Source: a virus
Taxonomy: Duplodnaviria; Caudoviricetes
Virus record (IMG/VR): IMGVR_UViG_3300012943_000055
Coordinates: 1 to 26,712 of that record
Strand: one strand, 5' to 3'
DNA length: 26,712 nt
Shown here: in pieces, positions 25,304 to 26,712 of the stretch
How the letters are laid out: each line of letters starts with the position of its first letter
How positions within the stretch are numbered: position 1 is the first letter of the stretch
Translations under genes and position numbers: made by a program
Notes under the pieces: model-generated
The model's input: only the letters and a program-made list of their open reading frames with translations
Database searches by the model: none
What the model was told of the DNA's origin: nothing

Positions 25304-26710
25304 TCAGGGCCGCTCGGCCACCAGCAGCGCACCGCTTGGGCGCTCGGCTGGGTCGAGGGTGTCATTGGGTTGGCTGGCCACAAGCGGGCCAGAGGCATCG
25401 CGCGCTGCAATGCCAATCGGGTCATGCGGTCGTTGCCCCGGTGTCAGCGGGTCGTGCGGTCGCAACACGCTGCCATCGGCGTAGGAGTCCGGTCGGTTGG
25501 CCGGAATCGGGACGAGTGCAGCAGGTGGCGCGACGGTGACGGCGAAACCAGTCGCCGCAAGGAGCAGATCATCGAGCAGCGCATCGAGCGCCGCCGTACT
25601 GAACACGTAGCCGCTGGCGTCGAGGGTGGCGTCCTCGAGGGCTTGCGACAACTGGCCAACAATCTTCGAAGTGCCCACCGCCAGGGCGGTGACGTCCTCG
25701 AGGGTGATGCTGGCGGCGCCCGCAACCACCGAGCGCCCGGTCGCGCCCATCACCACATCGGCCAACACCCGGTCGAGCTCGCCCTTGACGAGGGCTTGTC
25801 CGGTTGCCGCCGCGGTGAGATCCCCGAGCGTGACCACCAATGCGCCCAGCGTGACGTCTGCCGCCGTCCCGCTGGACACAAGGGTGAGTGAATCCAGCGC
25901 CACCGCAGCCGTAGCTGCGATGACACTGGCCCCTGTAGCCGAAATACCGAGGTCAGCGAGGCCTGACGCCAGCACGCCGACTACGGGAGATGTGCCGGCG
26001 CCCGAGACAGCGAGGTCGCCCAGCGTGATGCCTGCCAGCCCCGAGACTGGCGATGTAGCGGTTGCAACAAGAGCCAGATCGCCCAGCGTGGCGGCGAGCT
26101 CCCCCTCGATTCCGGTCTGCGACTCGGCTTCCGCCACCACTGTCAGCGGGTCAAGGAGCTGTGCCAGCACGCCGACAACCGGCGCGACCCCTGTTGAGGT
26201 GATCGTCAGGTCATCGAGCGTGATCCCTGCCACCGCAGCAGCCGGAGCCGTCGCTGTGGATCCAAGCGCCAGATCATCGAGCGTCGCGGCCAGCGTGCCG
26301 GTCAGGGCAGGCGCCCCACCCGTGGCCACAAGGGTCACGTCCTCGAGGATCGCCCCCAATGCCGACGTGACTGGCGCGTCACCTGCCGCCGAAGCGGTCA
26401 GATCGGCCAGGGTCGCGGCCAGGGTCGCAGCAATCAGCGAATTGCCCGTGCTCGAGGCCGTCAACGCCCCCAGGGTGATGCTTGCCGTTCCCTTCGCAGC
26501 CAGCTTGCCCGTGCTGACCAGTGCCAGCGCGCCCAATGTGACCGCTGCCACCCCGGCTATCGGGCTGGTGCCGGTGCTCGCAAGGCTCAATTCGTCCAGC
26601 GTGACGGCCAATGCCCCGCCGATGGCAGGTGCACCACCCGTCGCGGCCAGTGTCAGGTCATCAAGCGCGACCCCAGCGACACCAACAATGGGCGAGGCGC
26701 CTGTCGCGGT
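25304..26710 (-). CDS. 21-aa-repeat fibre-like protein, 5' end outside the window (>=468 aa)
   Basis: The frame stays open to the window edge (TATGASPIVGVAGVALDDLTLAATGG...). About 18 units of G-x-[LA]-x-x-T-L-x-D-L-x-x-x-x-T-G, and a C-terminal tail with ~10-aa RP repeats. Confidence 0.85.
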   Translation of the reverse strand, partial: TATGASPIVGVAGVALDDLTLAATGGAPAIGGALAVTLDELSLASTGTSPIAGVAAVTLGALALVSTGKLAAKGTASITLGALTASSTGNSLIAATLAATLADLTASAAGDAPVTSALGAILEDVTLVATGGAPALTGTLAATLDDLALGSTATAPAAAVAGITLDDLTITSTGVAPVVGVLAQLLDPLTVVAEAESQTGIEGELAATLGDLALVATATSPVSGLAGITLGDLAVSGAGTSPVVGVLASGLADLGISATGASVIAATAAVALDSLTLVSSGTAADVTLGALVVTLGDLTAAATGQALVKGELDRVLADVVMGATGRSVVAGAASITLEDVTALAVGTSKIVGQLSQALEDATLDASGYVFSTAALDALLDDLLLAATGFAVTVAPPAALVPIPANRPDSYADGSVLRPHDPLTPGQRPHDPIGIAARDASGPLVASQPNDTLDPAERPSGALLVAERP

Positions 26711-26712
26711 CA

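Larger units (their letters stand above)
1..26712 (-). mobile_element. Phage/prophage virion morphogenesis and DNA-ejection module, podovirus-like; extends beyond both window edges
   Basis: Co-oriented, tightly packed terS-terL-portal-scaffold-MCP-decoration-adaptor-nozzle-tail-ejection genes with several TGATG/ATGA/TAATG start-stop overlaps. No tape measure or tail tube gene and no host genes. Confidence 0.95.

Noticed and set aside
19367-25484. Long + strand ORFs (e.g. 19449-20636, 20312-21769, 23787-25484)
   Set aside because: Antisense to portal, terminase and the propeller gene, and expected from stop-codon scarcity in high-GC DNA.
25540-26712. 63-bp periodicity as a CRISPR array or DGR template repeat
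   Set aside because: The repeats are conserved only at the protein level, with no identical DNA repeats or spacers and no cas or reverse transcriptase gene in view.
1-26712. Assignment to a named phage genus, host species, or prophage status
   Set aside because: Needs database comparison. No integrase, att site or host flank is visible.

Overview
The whole window is a high-GC phage or prophage virion-morphogenesis operon, entirely on the minus strand, with podovirus-type architecture (no tape measure, tail tube or sheath). In transcription order (right to left) it encodes: a 5'-truncated 21-aa-repeat fibre-like protein, a (PE)n-linked beta-propeller protein, TerS, TerL, a P22-like portal, scaffold, a ~210-nt structured leader, an N4-gp56/DUF4043-type major capsid protein, a decoration protein, a terminator, a head-completion protein, adaptor, nozzle, a small Cys-rich protein, several tail/fibre proteins (including a 1165-aa delta-60 beta-propeller protein), two probable ejection proteins, and a >=1395-aa large polyvalent (DarB-like) protein. 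The last gene is missing from the ORF track because it runs off the left edge; translated by hand, it carries an inorganic-pyrophosphatase-like domain and a minimal C5-cytosine methyltransferase. The main points for follow-up are: (1) the linkers of the polyvalent gene carry a probable nested +1-frame gene and helically phased palindromic repeats; (2) CCCGGG, CGGCCG, CTGCAG and CAGCTG were not found in a manual scan, while GTCGAC and CTCGAG are abundant; (3) ~20-aa repeat proteins sit near small beta-rich subunit genes, suggesting a templated fibre-assembly system; (4) the capsid leader has mutually exclusive hairpins. All family names come from motif recognition, not database searches. No integrase, lysis or replication genes are in view, so lifestyle and host cannot be determined.
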